This document shows positions 12,661 through 25,532 of a stretch of 64,000 bases of DNA, in pieces; within the stretch, counting starts at the first letter, position 1; each line of letters begins with the position of its first letter. This DNA is from Mytilus californianus. Its lineage: Eukaryota. The position numbers were made by a program, and so were the translations under genes. The DNA lies in contig NW_026262582.1 of assembly GCF_021869535.1 (NCBI RefSeq), forward strand, positions 73,222,001 to 73,286,000, in the 5' to 3' direction. The notes under the pieces were generated by a model that searched no databases, was not told the DNA's origin, and worked only from the letters and a program-made list of their open reading frames with translations.

Positions 12661-13664
12661 GCCGGAGGCGGGCTTCAGCTGGCCCCTAAACAAAATGTGT
12701 ACTAGTTCAATGAAAATGGACGTCACACTAAACTCCAAAATATATAAATGAACTTAAGTTAAAAAACATACAAGACTAACAAAGGCCAGAGGCTCCTGAC
12801 TTGGGACAGGCGCAAAAATGCTGCGGTGTTTAAAATGTTTTATGAGATCTCAACCATCCCCCAATACCTCTAGCCAATATAGAATAAACAAACACACAGC
12901 AAAACGCACAGTAAAACTCAGTTTAAAAGAAGTCAAAGTCCGATGTCAGAATAGATAACTAAAGAAACTAAGTAAAATGACAATTATGCATAAATAAATA
13001 AGGGACTACTAGCAGTAACTGACATGCCAGCTCCAGACCTCAATTAAACTGATTGAAAGATTATGTCTTTATCATATGAAAATCAAGCAAAATCCCTCCC
13101 GTTAGTGGTTTAGTATCTTACCATCATAAAATATACGAGAAGAACATAACCCGTATCATGCCAACAACTGGTTATAGAATAAATGTGTATATTTCATCTT
13201 AAATAATATGACAACAGTATCATAACTATATTCCTTCTGAATAAGTCTGTTTAAAGGTTTGGTTAGCTTTTGAGGTGAATGTCGAAATTTTTGTGCTTTG
13301 TACAGAATATTACCATAAAAAATTGGATGTAAAATACCTGAACGTAAAAGATGTCTGCATGTTGATTTATATTTACAAATGATGTCCTTGTACCGATGAT
13401 ACAATTTAGTAAAGTTTTGACTAGTTTGTGATATCGAAAACCTTGGTGTTATAATTTTTCAGTAATACAGAGATTTCTTTCGTTAAAATCAAATACGTTG
13501 TTACATACACGAGCAAATCGAACAAGTTGAGATATATAAACACCATAAGATGGTGACAAGGGAACGTCACCATCTAAAAATGAATAATTTACAATAGGAA
13601 ATGACAAATCATCTCTTTTATCATAAATTTTGTTATTAAGCTTCCTGTTAAATATATAGATATC
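12661..13664 (-). mobile_element. Penelope-like retroelement fragment: RT C-terminal region plus ~500-bp 3'/terminal repeat
   Basis: Minus-strand KIYDKRDDLSFPIVNYSFLDGDVPLSPSYGVYISQLVRFARVCNNVFDFNERNLCITEKL and YHRYKDIICKY..GILHPIFYGNIL; these motifs match Penelope-type RT thumb regions. The downstream segment recurs at 14142, 23466, 35430, 46857 and 59827. Confidence 0.8.
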
Positions 13665-13985
13665 AAAATTCAGTACTGTGCAAGCACTTCGCTTGCAATC
13701 AATACATATCTGTTCAGACATGGTTCATGCTGTTCAGCAGTTGTTATAAGCTTGTACATACAACATTAAACTGAATTTCCTAAACAAAAACAAAAAAAGA
13801 AACAAAAAAAACTACTGAACAGTTCAGGATTGACCTCAAGCAAATTATCTAAACATTACTGAATTTACACAAGAAAAAACTTAAAAAGTTGCAAAGGCTC
13901 TTAACAGTACGTTTTTTGTGTTTAGAGTTTTCAGAGGCTGTTACGATCAAACTGACTGTTTCTAATTTAAATTCATTTACTAGTG
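13665..13985. mobile_element. Non-autonomous TIR element ending TAGTG (CACTA/CMC-like), truncated copy
   Basis: Homologous to 43040-43346 and 32311-32726; ends ...attcatttacTAGTG. Confidence 0.6.
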
Positions 13986-14141
13986 CGGATTTTTTTATCG
14001 TGATCAAGGCATACAGTTTTTGTGTAATGTTTGATATTTTAGACTTAGCAACTGCGAGTACTCTCAGATCTGTACTTAGTGTCTTTTTGTTGCGGGGATG
14101 CATAATTACTCTGCCACGTCCACTCTGTGTTTATGTTAGAT

Positions 14142-14410
14142 AACATTGAGAATGGAAATGGGGAATGTGTCAAAGAGACAACAACCCGACCATAGAACAG
14201 ACAACAGCAGAAGGTCACCAACAGGTCTTCAATGCAGCGAGAAATTCCCGCACCCGGAGGCGTCCTTCAGCTGGCCCCTAAACAAATATATACTAGTTCA
14301 GTGATAATGAACGCCATACTAAACTCCAAATTGTACACAAGAAACTAAAATTAAAAATAATACAAGACTAACAAAGGCTAGAGGCTCCTGACTTGGGACA
14401 GGCGCAAAAA
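14142..14410 (-). mobile_element. Solo terminal segment of the Penelope-like element
   Basis: ttgagaatggaaatggggaatgtgtcaaagagacaacaacccgacc...gaggctcctgacttgggacaggcgcaaaaa, overlapping 12661-12820. Confidence 0.8.
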
Positions 14411-14835
14411 ATGTATGTCTGCTTTGTATCGATCTGACGAGTTAAGCCCTTTTCAACTGATTTTTATAGTTGTTCTTATGTTGTATTGTTACACCACTGT
14501 CGATGGTTATGGGAAGGGTTAGCGCCTTCAATCTAGTTTAACACTGCCACATTTTGTATGTGCCTGGTCCAATTCAGGAGCCTGTAATTCAGTGGTTGTC
14601 GTTTGTTGCTGTATATCATATTTGTTTTCTGTTCATTATTTTGCACATAAATCAGGCCGTTAGTTTTCTCGTATCATTTTTTTACATTTGTGATTTCGGG
14701 TCCTTTTATAGCTGACTATGCGGTATGGGCTTTACTCATTTTTCAAGGCTGTACGGTGACCTATAGTTTTTAATTTCTGTGTCATTTGGTCTCTTGTGGA
14801 GAGTTGCCTCATTTGAATTCATACCACATCTTCTT
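14411..14835 (-). mobile_element. SINE-like dispersed repeat (reverse orientation)
   Basis: Same family as 11725-12110, ending gtggagagttg.ctcatt...cataccacatcttctt. Confidence 0.75.
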
Positions 14836-15711
14836 ACTTTTTTAGCCAAATTCGCCAACAACAACGATAACATGTTTTGGTTTTCTTATTCAATGTGTGC
14901 ATTTATGTACAATTATTTGTAAAATCCAGGCAGGGGGAGATTCATATGTGTTTCAGAATTTCTTTATTCTTTTATATTATTGACAGCTAATATTGAAATA
15001 AAGTATCCAAACTTATTATTTTTATTTTTGTTGAATGGTTGGCATGGAAACATGCGGCCTTATTGCAGGAATTTATTTTGAAATCGTACATAAAATAGGG
15101 AAAATGCATGCTTTTGTAAGTGCTGCAAATTTCTGATAATAAGACTTGCATAAAAAAATTTTCAACACATCATTAAACATTATTTGAATTTTATATTTCT
15201 ATTTCTAAGTTTTTATATTTTTTTTTATAAGACAAAAATGGTATTTTAAAACGTTACAAAAACCTGTATTTTCATATTTTTTGAAAATGGCGTGAAATTG
15301 CATTTTAAATCAAGTAAAATTGACATTGGGCAGATGATTTTCTTAACAAATATAATTGCACTTTAAAGTTCAGATATTGAATCATGGGGTTTTTTGGTAT
15401 TTTTTGTTGTTGTCTTGGGAACCATCATTTATAGATTTCATAAAAAATGACAATAACATGCTTGTTCATGATCAAAATTTTGTCTATGTGTTATATCAAT
15501 GCAATTTAACAGACAATAAAAATGTCATGTGTTTGAAAAAAAACGCTATACTTATTTCACAAAAAGACCATAGCAACCAAAATCCTTAGCAACCAACCTA
15601 AAGTTGCTAAAATAATTCAAAATCAGCAATAAACACATGCAAAAATGTGTTGAATATGTATATTAAATGAAGTTTGAAGTCTATACTCAATAACTAAGTA
15701 TTTCACTCTAC

Positions 15712-16330
15712 TTTTGATGCAGATGCTTGATTTCTTGATTGACAACATATTTGTTACGTTTGGAGGACGTGTTTTTCAACAGACTGTCGGAATTCCAATG
15801 GGAACAAATTGTGCCCCTCTTCTTGCCGACTTGTTTCTTTATTATTATGAGTCTGACTTCATACAGGAACTTCTTAGGAAGAAAGATAAGAAGTAAGCAA
15901 TATCCTTTAACTTTACGTTCCGCTATATAGATGATGTTCTCTCACTAAATAATACAAAATTTGGTGACTATGTTGAACGAATCTATCCCATCGAACTAAA
16001 GATAAAGGATACTACATATACAGTTAAGTCTGCTTCATATCTTGACTTACATCTAGAAATTGACAATGAGGGTCGGTTGAAAACAAAACTTTACGACAAA
16101 AGTGATGATTTCAGCTTCCCAATTGTGAATTTTCCATTCTATGTAGCAACATTCCAGCAGCGGAGTATATACACGTATCTCCCAATTGATACGATATTGC
16201 CGGGCTTGTATTTCCTATCATGATTTCCTTGATAGAGGATTACTGCTCACAAGGAAGCTATTAAACCAAGAGTTCCAAATGGTGAAGTTGAAATCATCCC
16301 TTCGTAAATTTTACGGACGCCATCACAAGT
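15712..16330 (+). mobile_element. Penelope-like RT core fragment (catalytic region), disrupted
   Basis: QMLDFLIDNIFVTFGGRVFQQTVGIPMGTNCAPLLADLFLYYYE...(TAA)..FTFRYIDDVLSLNN...SYLDL...KTKLYDKSDDFSFPIVNFPF: QxxGxPMG and YIDD motifs; one stop near 15894 and a later frameshift. Confidence 0.88.
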
Positions 16331-18741
16331 TGGGTGGGGTTCGTGTTGCTTAGTCTTTAGTTTTCTATGTTGTGTCATCTGTACTATTATTTGTCAATTT
16401 GTCTTTTTATTTTTGGCCATGGCGTTGTCAGTTTGTTTTCGATCTACGAGTTTGACTGTCCCGCTGGTATCTTTCGTCCCTCTTTTGGTTACCATAGAAA
16501 CAAAAAATATCAGATTTGATACTAACCGTTACTTTATATCTGTAAATGTACTTTATTCAACCAACATAAACATGCCATTATATTTCTTTTTTATTTACAA
16601 CTCACAACCTCTGATTCCACGAAAGCGTTCTGTGGTTATCGTACACATTGTATGGCATAGAAATTTTAGATGGAAGGCAAAGTTAATACTATAGGATTGC
16701 TGAATTTGATGATTCCTAATAATCTTTATTCTGAGTAACAGTGACCTGCACAATAAATCTGACTACCTCAAATTTTAAAAAAAACTAGTACATTGCTATA
16801 GGTCCTTGCCTCTCAAAACATATGTAACACATCCATGAATATCATCAAATTTTACAAAGGTTAACCAAAGGCATGTAAGTTATTGCCAGGAAGCAATTTT
16901 CCTAGAGAACAAATTATTTTTATAAATCATAACTTTAACCTTTGACATTTTGAACTCAAACCCAATCTGGTGTATCCTTGTAACCATATATAAAGTCTAT
17001 GTAAACATCATCAAATTATACCGAGACAAAGTAAGTTATCATCAAGAAACTTTTTTTACAGTAAAAGATCTGTTTTTAGACATTGTGATTTCACCATTGA
17101 TACGAGGAACGGAACTCAAAATCAATCTGTACTTCCTTGTCACTATAACTTATTGTCTAGAATCAACAAAAAAATGGGTGGACTGTCACGAACAGAATGC
17201 TGAATATTTTAGTCCCAGTTATAACTGCCATATGCATATATGTTTATTTCAATCAATGAATGGAAACTTGATCATTCGGTAAACAAGTGTGGACAAAGTC
17301 CAGCGTGGATAGCATCTAGCATTCTGAGAGTATTGCATGGCACTACATAGTCACCTATCGATTGAAAATTTATTGTTCCAGAACAAAATTCAAACTGTTT
17401 TACACTGGTAATTTTAGGGCCCATTATAGATTGCTGTTCATGACGCGTGGAAAGGTGGAAAATAAAATGATTATATCAAGCAATCGTCTATATCAACCAA
17501 CAGAACGGATGTAAAACAACAGCTGTCATATTCCTGATTTTTCTGAGGAAAATTAAAATCAGAAGAAAATTAAGGTAAAAAAATGAAAATGATAAAGAAA
17601 ATATTAGCTGTAGTGAACAATTAAACTCGTCTAATCTTCTACTGAAATTTAGAAACAAAGTGTAGATTCTATTTACGTTGGTTGTTTATCTGATAATAAA
17701 CTATCAATGATATTCTTAATCTCATTGTACGAGTAGTTTTGGAGATGTGTTATATGGACCTTTTTTATTTTCTTTTTTTTTTCAAAACCAGTGGCAAACT
17801 AAAAAGAGATTAATTATTTCTATTCCGTCTTTTTGGAGTCAATCTCAAATTATAAAGAAATTGATTTGTTAAAATGAAATATTTTAAAGTAAAGTTATCG
17901 CAATACAGTACCATATATTACACTGTCTGAATGTTTGAACGTTTGAACTCTTTTCCCTTTTGATTTTATGGTTTTTCACTCTTTGATAAAAGGTATGATT
18001 GTCAATTGATAGTTTTTTGAAAAATAATCTTATTGAGTTGATTTGAACGAAAATTAATGCCTTAGTGATAAAAATTAACTTCAATATTTTTAATATTGAA
18101 TTGGGAAAAAAATCAAAGCTATTTATTCCGTAGAGGGTCATATGGTATTATTGCTGAGGTTGTTTACCCATCGTTTGAGCTTTTAACCGATAAAAAGCAC
18201 TTTATGAAAAACACAATTCTGAAAATTGGAATAAAACCTTTGATTTATGTGTGGGTAAACGGAGAGCCTGATTCCGACAAGTCGAAGTAAGACAGACAAA
18301 CCCATGGACAATCAGAAAAACGACGAATAGACAAACAAAAATCTAAAAAACACTTTTCCGAAAATAAAGGCTAAAAACACCAAAACCTGGGGTGATCTAA
18401 GGTGTTCCAGAAAGGTACGCAGACCCTGCTTCTTTAGTCGCACCCGATGTGTTTATCGTAACATGAATAAATCACGACGTTGCATTAGATGATGGCATAA
18501 ACGAGGAAAGAACATGACTACAGTATATAGAACTATCCTTTTGTTTGGACAAGTCTGATGCCATACTGGACATCTACAGTCCAACTATTTGACATCACGG
18601 TTAAGTTGCAATGTCATTTCGGTTATTTAAAGAAATTAGTTTCAATCTTAAGACATGTCCAGGACTAAAAATTTGTCAGATAACAAACCAGATAACGAAT
18701 GGACAACAAAATATAAAGAATCTAGATATTTTATAGTTCAA

Positions 18742-20339
18742 TTTATTTTCGCATATATAACCTCCAAGTGTATCACCGTTTGCGCAATGAACATTGTGGA
18801 ACATGTATCTTCTAGAAGCAAAGAAAAACATGCAATCTTCCTGTGTACTGAGTGATCCGTTAGGTTCCCTTGAATGAAATGCGAAGCATGTCATTTTGAC
18901 CATCTATCCGTCCTTCTTGATCCATCTCCTGTCTTTTATATGCAGTAAGTAAGACTGGCATGCATTTCTGTTCCCTTCAGAGTATGATGAGTGATATATG
19001 CATTTCAATAATAATGTAAATATACTTTTAACGTTCTATTATAACTTAATCTTTTTTTGATCGAGGGAGAGAGAGAGACGCATGAACACTGTTTATTTCA
19101 GTGTACAATCAACATTAGTTTTTTCACTTTTTATTCCTACTGTGTAATTTTCATTACTTTAACTCCTTTTTTATATTATCTACATTACCTGTGTTCATTT
19201 TCAATAGTTCATACTTCATTAACATGGCTTCGTTCAGGGTTCGCCAGGTATGCGCCTCGTTTTAGCATTTAGCCTGAAACCATATTATTCTATGATTGTA
19301 TATGAATATACACGTGTTATACACGTGTTATACACGTTAAACACGTTCCTGATGAAGGTTAATCCAGAAAAGCGCTTCGGACGCATGAAATTATTAAACG
19401 TGTTGTTTTCATTTTTTTATACCAGAAAAGGTCAATTAAAATTAAAGATTATATTTTATGCACAACGAGTAATATCAAAAAGGAAAAACAACTTTAAAAA
19501 CATTTAACACATGTCTTCTATACATTTCTCAAAACATTCAACACGTGTACTTTATATAAATATATCAAAATATTTTATATAAATTTCTGAAAAATGAATG
19601 TAAAGCTTAGCAGTCTTATAAGATTCAAAAAAGAGATTGTGTTTGTTTCACTTACAAACACATCATCTCCCGATATATTATCTTTTTGGATAAGATAACA
19701 TCCTTTACCAACCCGACGGTATTGGTAACTGCATTCATCTTAAAACAAAGAATTGCTTAATTGATACAAAGGTCTTGGTAGATACAATGTGAAATAAAAC
19801 AAAAGATTAACTCTATGTATCAAATAGGACGAAAAGTCATACGTGTTTACAGGGTATGAACAGGGTACATATATTACATTATAAAAGGTCGTTGCTTCTC
19901 TCGTATCCAGTTTTTGTTCAATATTTAGTTACCTCACCAGCTTTTCATTGGATAGGGATAGGCATCATATAAAACCCTGAAAATACTCATCTTAAATTTT
20001 GGTAGTGAAAATCCGTCAGGAAATAAAATGGACTGGAGCATGTATATTTTTTATAGCTAAGAGATTTAACTTACTGATTTTTGGAAAATTTGATAACGAT
20101 TCTAAAATTAGAAAATATTTGGTTTTCACGATTTCAAGTATTATTACATGTTGTACATTCTTTGATATATTAGTTAAATGGTTGTGCGTTTAAGATAGTA
20201 GTACGAATCCATACATCATTTAGGATTAAATATGCGATTGAGTGTTATTTTTTCTTAAATGAACATAAAATTCGTTTTACATACCAGCGTAACATTGAAC
20301 CAAAACAAGTACAAACATATAGTAAGATAAGATTATCAT
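18742..20339 (-). pseudogene. C-type lectin pseudogene (inverted), EPN type; exons 20339-20285, 19738-19656, 19273-19189, ~18920-18742
   Basis: Exon 1 MIILSYYMFVLVLVQCYA and exon 2 DECSYQYRRVGKGCYLIQKDNISGDDVF are intact. Exon 3 has AKC-TAA plus 1-nt and 8-nt deletions. Exon 4 lacks its 5' part, has GGA-TAG, and reads EPNGSLSTQEDCMFFFASRRYMFHNVHCANGDTLGGYICE. TATAAAA at 20395-20389. Confidence 0.9.
19344..19383 (+). ncRNA. Putative variant type-I hammerhead ribozyme (family 3)
   Basis: cgttc CTGATGA aggttaatcca GAAA agcgct TC ggacg: stem I cgttc/ggacg, palindromic AAGCGCTT stem III, UUC triplet; stem II closed by a non-canonical A-A. Confidence 0.55.
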
Positions 20340-20970
20340 ACAGAAAACTGCATATATTCCCAAATGAAAATTGATACTAACTTTTCTTTTTTATACCACT
20401 GATATAGAGTGAAAACAGATTTTTAAAAACTGATATTGATCTTCTACTTAGCGGTTGCGACTACACTTTAGTTTACGGTAATTTTCTCCTTTCCACCTGC
20501 CCAATTTGTGTTGTCCACCTTTGTTCACTCAAATTTAACCTCAGACTGAATGTTAAATTCTACTGATAAAAGAAAAGAATTGTCATATCAAATCCATAAA
20601 ATGGGTGCTTATACATCTAAAACATTTGTCCTTTCTTGTCAACATTGGAATGGCGGAAAAATACACTTCAGGAACGTGCACGTTCTAATGTTGAAACCAT
20701 AAAGGGATCAAAATATGTCCATCTTTTCGACACCCCCAACCCCAACCACATACACCGTGTAACATCAATAAGATTGCTTGTCGTTAGTAATACTTTTGAT
20801 GCTATTTCAAATCAATACTAATTTGTGATTATATTCAAAATTAAATTATATGAACTTACCGACAAACACATGAACATATAAGATATTATAAAAGTAATTT
20901 TGGAGACACTGATATTAAGAACACAGCTATATATATATATACGGCCTTCCAAATACCGTTTCGATTCCTA

Positions 20971-21014
20971 ACATCACTGAAGAGACATTAATTGTCGAAA
21001 TCCGGATATGGTGT
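20971..21014 (+). ncRNA. Minimal type-I hammerhead ribozyme (family 2)
   Basis: acatca CTGAAGA GAC attaatt GTC GAAA tccgga TA tggtgt: 6-bp stem I (one G-U), CUGANGA/GAAA core, 3-bp stem II, palindrome ATCCGGAT, AUA triplet. Confidence 0.75.
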
Positions 21015-23465
21015 ACAAATTTGTGTACCTCATGTATGCGGTATACCATCTTTTCCGCAAGTTTATTGTTTTCTGTTTGGTAATAAATTAATAATAAGAT
21101 CTATTTTGTGACATCTTGTTGTCCGTTTATTTGGCAATCGCCAATGGTCGTCAGCAGGGTTTAAGAACATTTGTTGTTTGACCTGCTAGTCAAATGCATT
21201 TTTGTTAAAATATACTTTTCACTCATTTGGTTTTTTGGAAAATGTTGTTTGTACTGTATTTAGACCCCTCTACCAAGAAATTTGTTTTGCATGCACACGT
21301 ATGAAAATTGCGGTTTTTATCTAACGCAATCATAGGTTTGAACGTTGTTTTCAATTTAGACTTGTATATTTATATATATAGATATATATAATTGGTCTAA
21401 ATAACAGCCCAACAATGTTAGATCTGTAAATTTGCGGAAGCAAATTTTTTGTTCTTCTCTGGCCGGGATTCGTACTCATGCTACTGAGATATCGTGGCAA
21501 CAAATCGCCTTGCAATATCTGTATCTAGAATAAGACTTATACTAAAGGAATTGAATGATACTATTGTCTTAGTTCAAGCTGATAAGGCAGTAAAAATATG
21601 GTTGTTGTTTGACGTAAAAAGTATATTAATATATTTCTAAATCAGGAAAGTTTGTCAACTAACCTAAGGCAAATAAACACATCTAAGAAAATCATTTAGT
21701 CGAAACTTAACATCTGTTAGTATCGTATCGGAATCACGGTGTCCAGAGTGGGGACACTGTAATTGGCCACTATGAAACTATAAACCCCCCTTAAGAACAG
21801 CTTTACTACTACCATATTTAAATCATACAAAGTGTCTGTTCATCTGAAAAGTGAAATTTCTACCAATTTAAATCTTATATCTAACTTGAAAATAGATTAT
21901 AAAAACTCGGGCGTCAACTATTACTTGATTATACAAATTCTGATGCAATCTTAAAATTATACTGATCGTGTTGTTAACTCTGTTTCTACTTTATACACTG
22001 CTCTTCTAATCAAAATTCAAAAATTCACTTGCATAATCAAACAGTTAGTTATTGAATTATTCTAGAGTTTTTTGTAAGCTTACTGCAGTCTATATGGGTT
22101 TGCTCATTGTTAAACACTAAACTGTGACCAGTAATTGTAAACATCTGTGTCCTGTAATCTCATGGATAGTTGTCCCATTGGTAATCATACCTCCTCTCAT
22201 ATTTGTTTACATCGGTAAACAAATATAATGGTTTTGATAACTCAGGTCTAGAATTTTAGTGTTGCAAAAAATTATGCAGCTGCTGGTAGACTCTTTGTCC
22301 CAAATGATATCACCAGCTCAGTGGTCTGTGCTTTGGTACTGAAATGATTTAAAACATATGTTTCTAACTTTCCCCGTTGATAAATTCCAATATTACTTAA
22401 AAAAACTAAAAGACTGAGGTCCCAAATTCCTGGAACACGATTGACCTTTCATAGTTGTGGCTATTCTTTTGTCGTCTCTTTTGTTTATATAGCTTCTTCT
22501 GTTTCTATTTACTGAATTATTTCGTCAAAATTGCCCCTCCAATCAATCGTCTGATGATTTTAAACACGTAGTGACCTCACACAGAAACTGCTGATTTCAA
22601 TTGAATTTTATGTTGAGACTTAATGAAACCCTTTAGGGGCGTTGGTAGCTTTTTACTTAAGCGGTATGTACTGATTTTAACTTCAAGCTTTGTATACCTA
22701 GCTTTTTGTGCAAGTACAATTTTACCCTGCTTCCAAATTATGTGACTGTTTAGTATGTGTCGTCAGGGTGGTAGATATACTGTGTAGTTTGTTATGCGTG
22801 TTTATTTTTTGTGTCCCTTCTGTTCATACAGCTTCCAAAGTGTCTACGTATTTATTCATCCCTGGCTTGTAAACGTTCTGTACCAAGCCAACCTATGCAT
22901 AACATATGTTCATGATGTCAATGTTTTTGGAATACTCTGGTTCTTGTGGTTTATGTGGTCTTCTGTATAAGTATCCTGTTCGTGAGTCATGACAAACAAA
23001 TATGGTCATACATGGCGAATATATAAAGGAAATATTTTAGAATAAATCAGAGAAATAAGAGTTCTATAAGTTATTCAACGTGTCAATATATTATTTCAAA
23101 TCATGATAGAACACAGTGAAATAGTATGCACGCCTACAATAAGTATATTATAATTATCATTGTTTGAAATCCATTTCTAGTTTATTCCAATGTACATACA
23201 TTTAGTTTGCATATTATGATATAAACGCAATTTGTTTTTAAATCAAATTTAGTTGATTGATTAAAAGTTCCAAGACGATAAATACAGAAAATTCATTTAT
23301 AAAGAATTTAATGACATTGGAATCTATGTCATTGGAATCAGAAATCACGGCGGTCGGCTGCAAAACTCATATTTGGTATTTAATACAATTTGTTTGATGA
23401 GATGAGAGATAGGGTGTTTAAAAAGATCCCCAAACGACACATAGAGTCCAAATAATTTTGGCAGT

Positions 23466-24060
23466 AAGATATATAAAATTGAGAATGGAAATAGGAAATG
23501 TGCCAAAAAGACAACAACCCGAACATAGAGCAGAAATCAGCCCAAGGCCAACAATGGGTCTTCAACACAGCGAGAAAATCCTGCACCCGGAGGCGGGCTT
23601 CAGCAGGTCCCTAAACAAAAATGTGTACTAGTTCAGTGAGAATGGACGTCACACTGAACTCCGAAACATATAAATGACCTAAAATTTAAAAAAAACATAC
23701 AAGACTAACAAAGGCCAGAGGCTCCTGACTTAGAACAAGCGCAAAAATGCGGCGGGGTTAAACATGTTTTGTGAAATCTCAACCTTCCACCTATACCTCT
23801 AGCCAATGTAGAATAAACAAACACACAGCAATACACACAGTAAAACACAGTTTAAAAGAAGTCCGAGTCCGATGTCAGAATAGGTAACAGAAGAAACTAA
23901 GGAAAATGACAATGATACATAAATTACCAAAAGGACTACTAGCAGTAACTGACATACCAGCTCCAGACCTCAATTAAACTGATTGAAATATTATGTCTTC
24001 ATCATATGCAAATCAAGCACAATCCCTCCCGTTAGGGGTTTAGTATCATACAATCATAAA
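23466..24060 (-). mobile_element. Terminal segment (~600 bp) of the Penelope-like element
   Basis: Near-colinear with 12661-13120 plus the 14142 head; absent from the paralogous position in block I. Confidence 0.8.
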
Positions 24061-24324
24061 TGTATCTATCTCAAACAGCCTGCTTCATATATAGAAACAT
24101 TTAGGTTCTAAGTAAAGTTTAACTTTCATGACCCGATCTGGATGTATACAAAGGAAGAAACATCAATTATTGTGATACGCGTTTCTGAATTTACCTTCAT
24201 CAAAAACAATCAAAGCCAACAATTAGATATATTATCTGTATTTGGCAAAACTTATCTGAATTTTGGACCCTAAATGCTCCTCAACTTTGTACTTTATTTG
24301 GCTTTACAACTTTTTTAATGCTAT

Positions 24325-24366
24325 CGTCACTGATCAGTCATTTGAAAACGAAACGCGCGTCTGGCG
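24325..24366 (+). ncRNA. Degenerate hammerhead motif (family 1)
   Basis: cgtca CTGATCA GTC atttgaa AAC GAAA cgcgc GTC tggcg; G8 changed to C (shared with the 1371 paralog) and a stem II mismatch. Confidence 0.6.
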
Positions 24367-24790
24367 TACACAAACATAAGCCTGGTATCTTTGATGAGGT
24401 ATTTTTAAAGCCGGATGTGTAAGTACTGAAACACGTTAAAGAAAGGCGGAATATACCAACGGGGTATCCAAACTCAAAAGTTCAAAATTAACTGCCAATG
24501 CATGGGATATACATTTTCAAACTCATTTAGTATTCAAGAGCTTGTTTTATTAAACGTCAGCCGTGTCTGAGCAGAAAATTGACGAACCAGGGTTATGTCC
24601 CGTCCTTTTTCTAAAAAAGTATATCGGAAGATACCAAGACTTTCTTGATAAATATTCCGTATCAACTTCACAAATTATACATGTTGGTCTTGAAGAATAA
24701 ATTTTAGGTACTGACGTTGTATATCATCTGAAGTACGTGTTGTGGTGTTCTTTTTATGTCTTTGTCTACTCTTAATCTTTACTGTTTAGT

Positions 24791-24946
24791 GGCTCGAACC
24801 TTTACTGTTCAGTCCATTTTTGGTATTATCCTTTTGGCGTGGCTCAAACTTTTACTGTGTAGTCCATTTTTGGTAATATCATTTTGGCGTACCTCGAACC
24901 TTTACTGTGTAGTACATTGTTGGTAATATTCTTTTGGCGTGGCTCG
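24791..24946. repeat. 50-bp minisatellite, about 3.1 copies
   Basis: Units start at 24791, 24841, 24891 and 24941 (ggctcgaacctttactgtgtagtccatttttggtaatatc.ttttggcgt). Confidence 0.92.
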
Positions 24947-25284
24947 GTACATATACAGCCCGCCGTTGTGTTATTGGTACATGGTTATTTTTTGTATTAT
25001 TGTCCTTAATTTTTGCTTAATATGTGTTTTGTCTAAATGCCATTTTGTTTTTTTTTTGTTGACATATTTGTTCGTTTTATAGTGATTAGGATTATAACAC
25101 AATGACCGTTTTGAATTTTCCTTGTGTTCGGTATTTTTGTTATTTTTCTTTTTACCAGCTCAGTGGTCAGCACATTTTGTGTGTTTACATCATTGGTATA
25201 TATAAAAATAGAAGGTGTGATAAGATTGCCAATGCGACAACCCTCATTGAAATGTTCATTTTTGTATTTGTTTTTATTCTAAAA

Positions 25285-25532
25285 GTGTGCACTATTTCAT
25301 CTGAGGACGTAACATTGATAAATAAAATTCATATGGTTGAGAATGGAGATACATCCGGAAGATCGGAGATATGGTGAAGATGACGTACTTTGCATTTGAT
25401 AACGCAGAACCAGATGGAACAGTTAGTAGTTCAGGAGATTGTATGTTACTATATGCTTAAAAAAAATACAAGTTTCACTCTGTCTGGTGCAAAAACGGAG
25501 GTTTACATGGAGGATATATTTGCCAGAAATAA
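25285..25532 (+). pseudogene. C-type lectin exon-4 relic, EPD type (paralog of copy A exon 4)
   Basis: VHYFI*GRNI...FAFDNAEPDGTVSSSGDCMLLYA*KKYKFHSVWCKNGGLHGGYICQK*; acceptor AAAG changed to AAAA; flanks 25195-25715 match 5525-6060. Confidence 0.9.

Noticed and set aside
24791-24946. CRISPR-like array (also considered 6925-7520 and 40428-40494)
   Set aside because: Units are similar over their full length with no unique spacers, no cas genes, and the DNA is eukaryotic.
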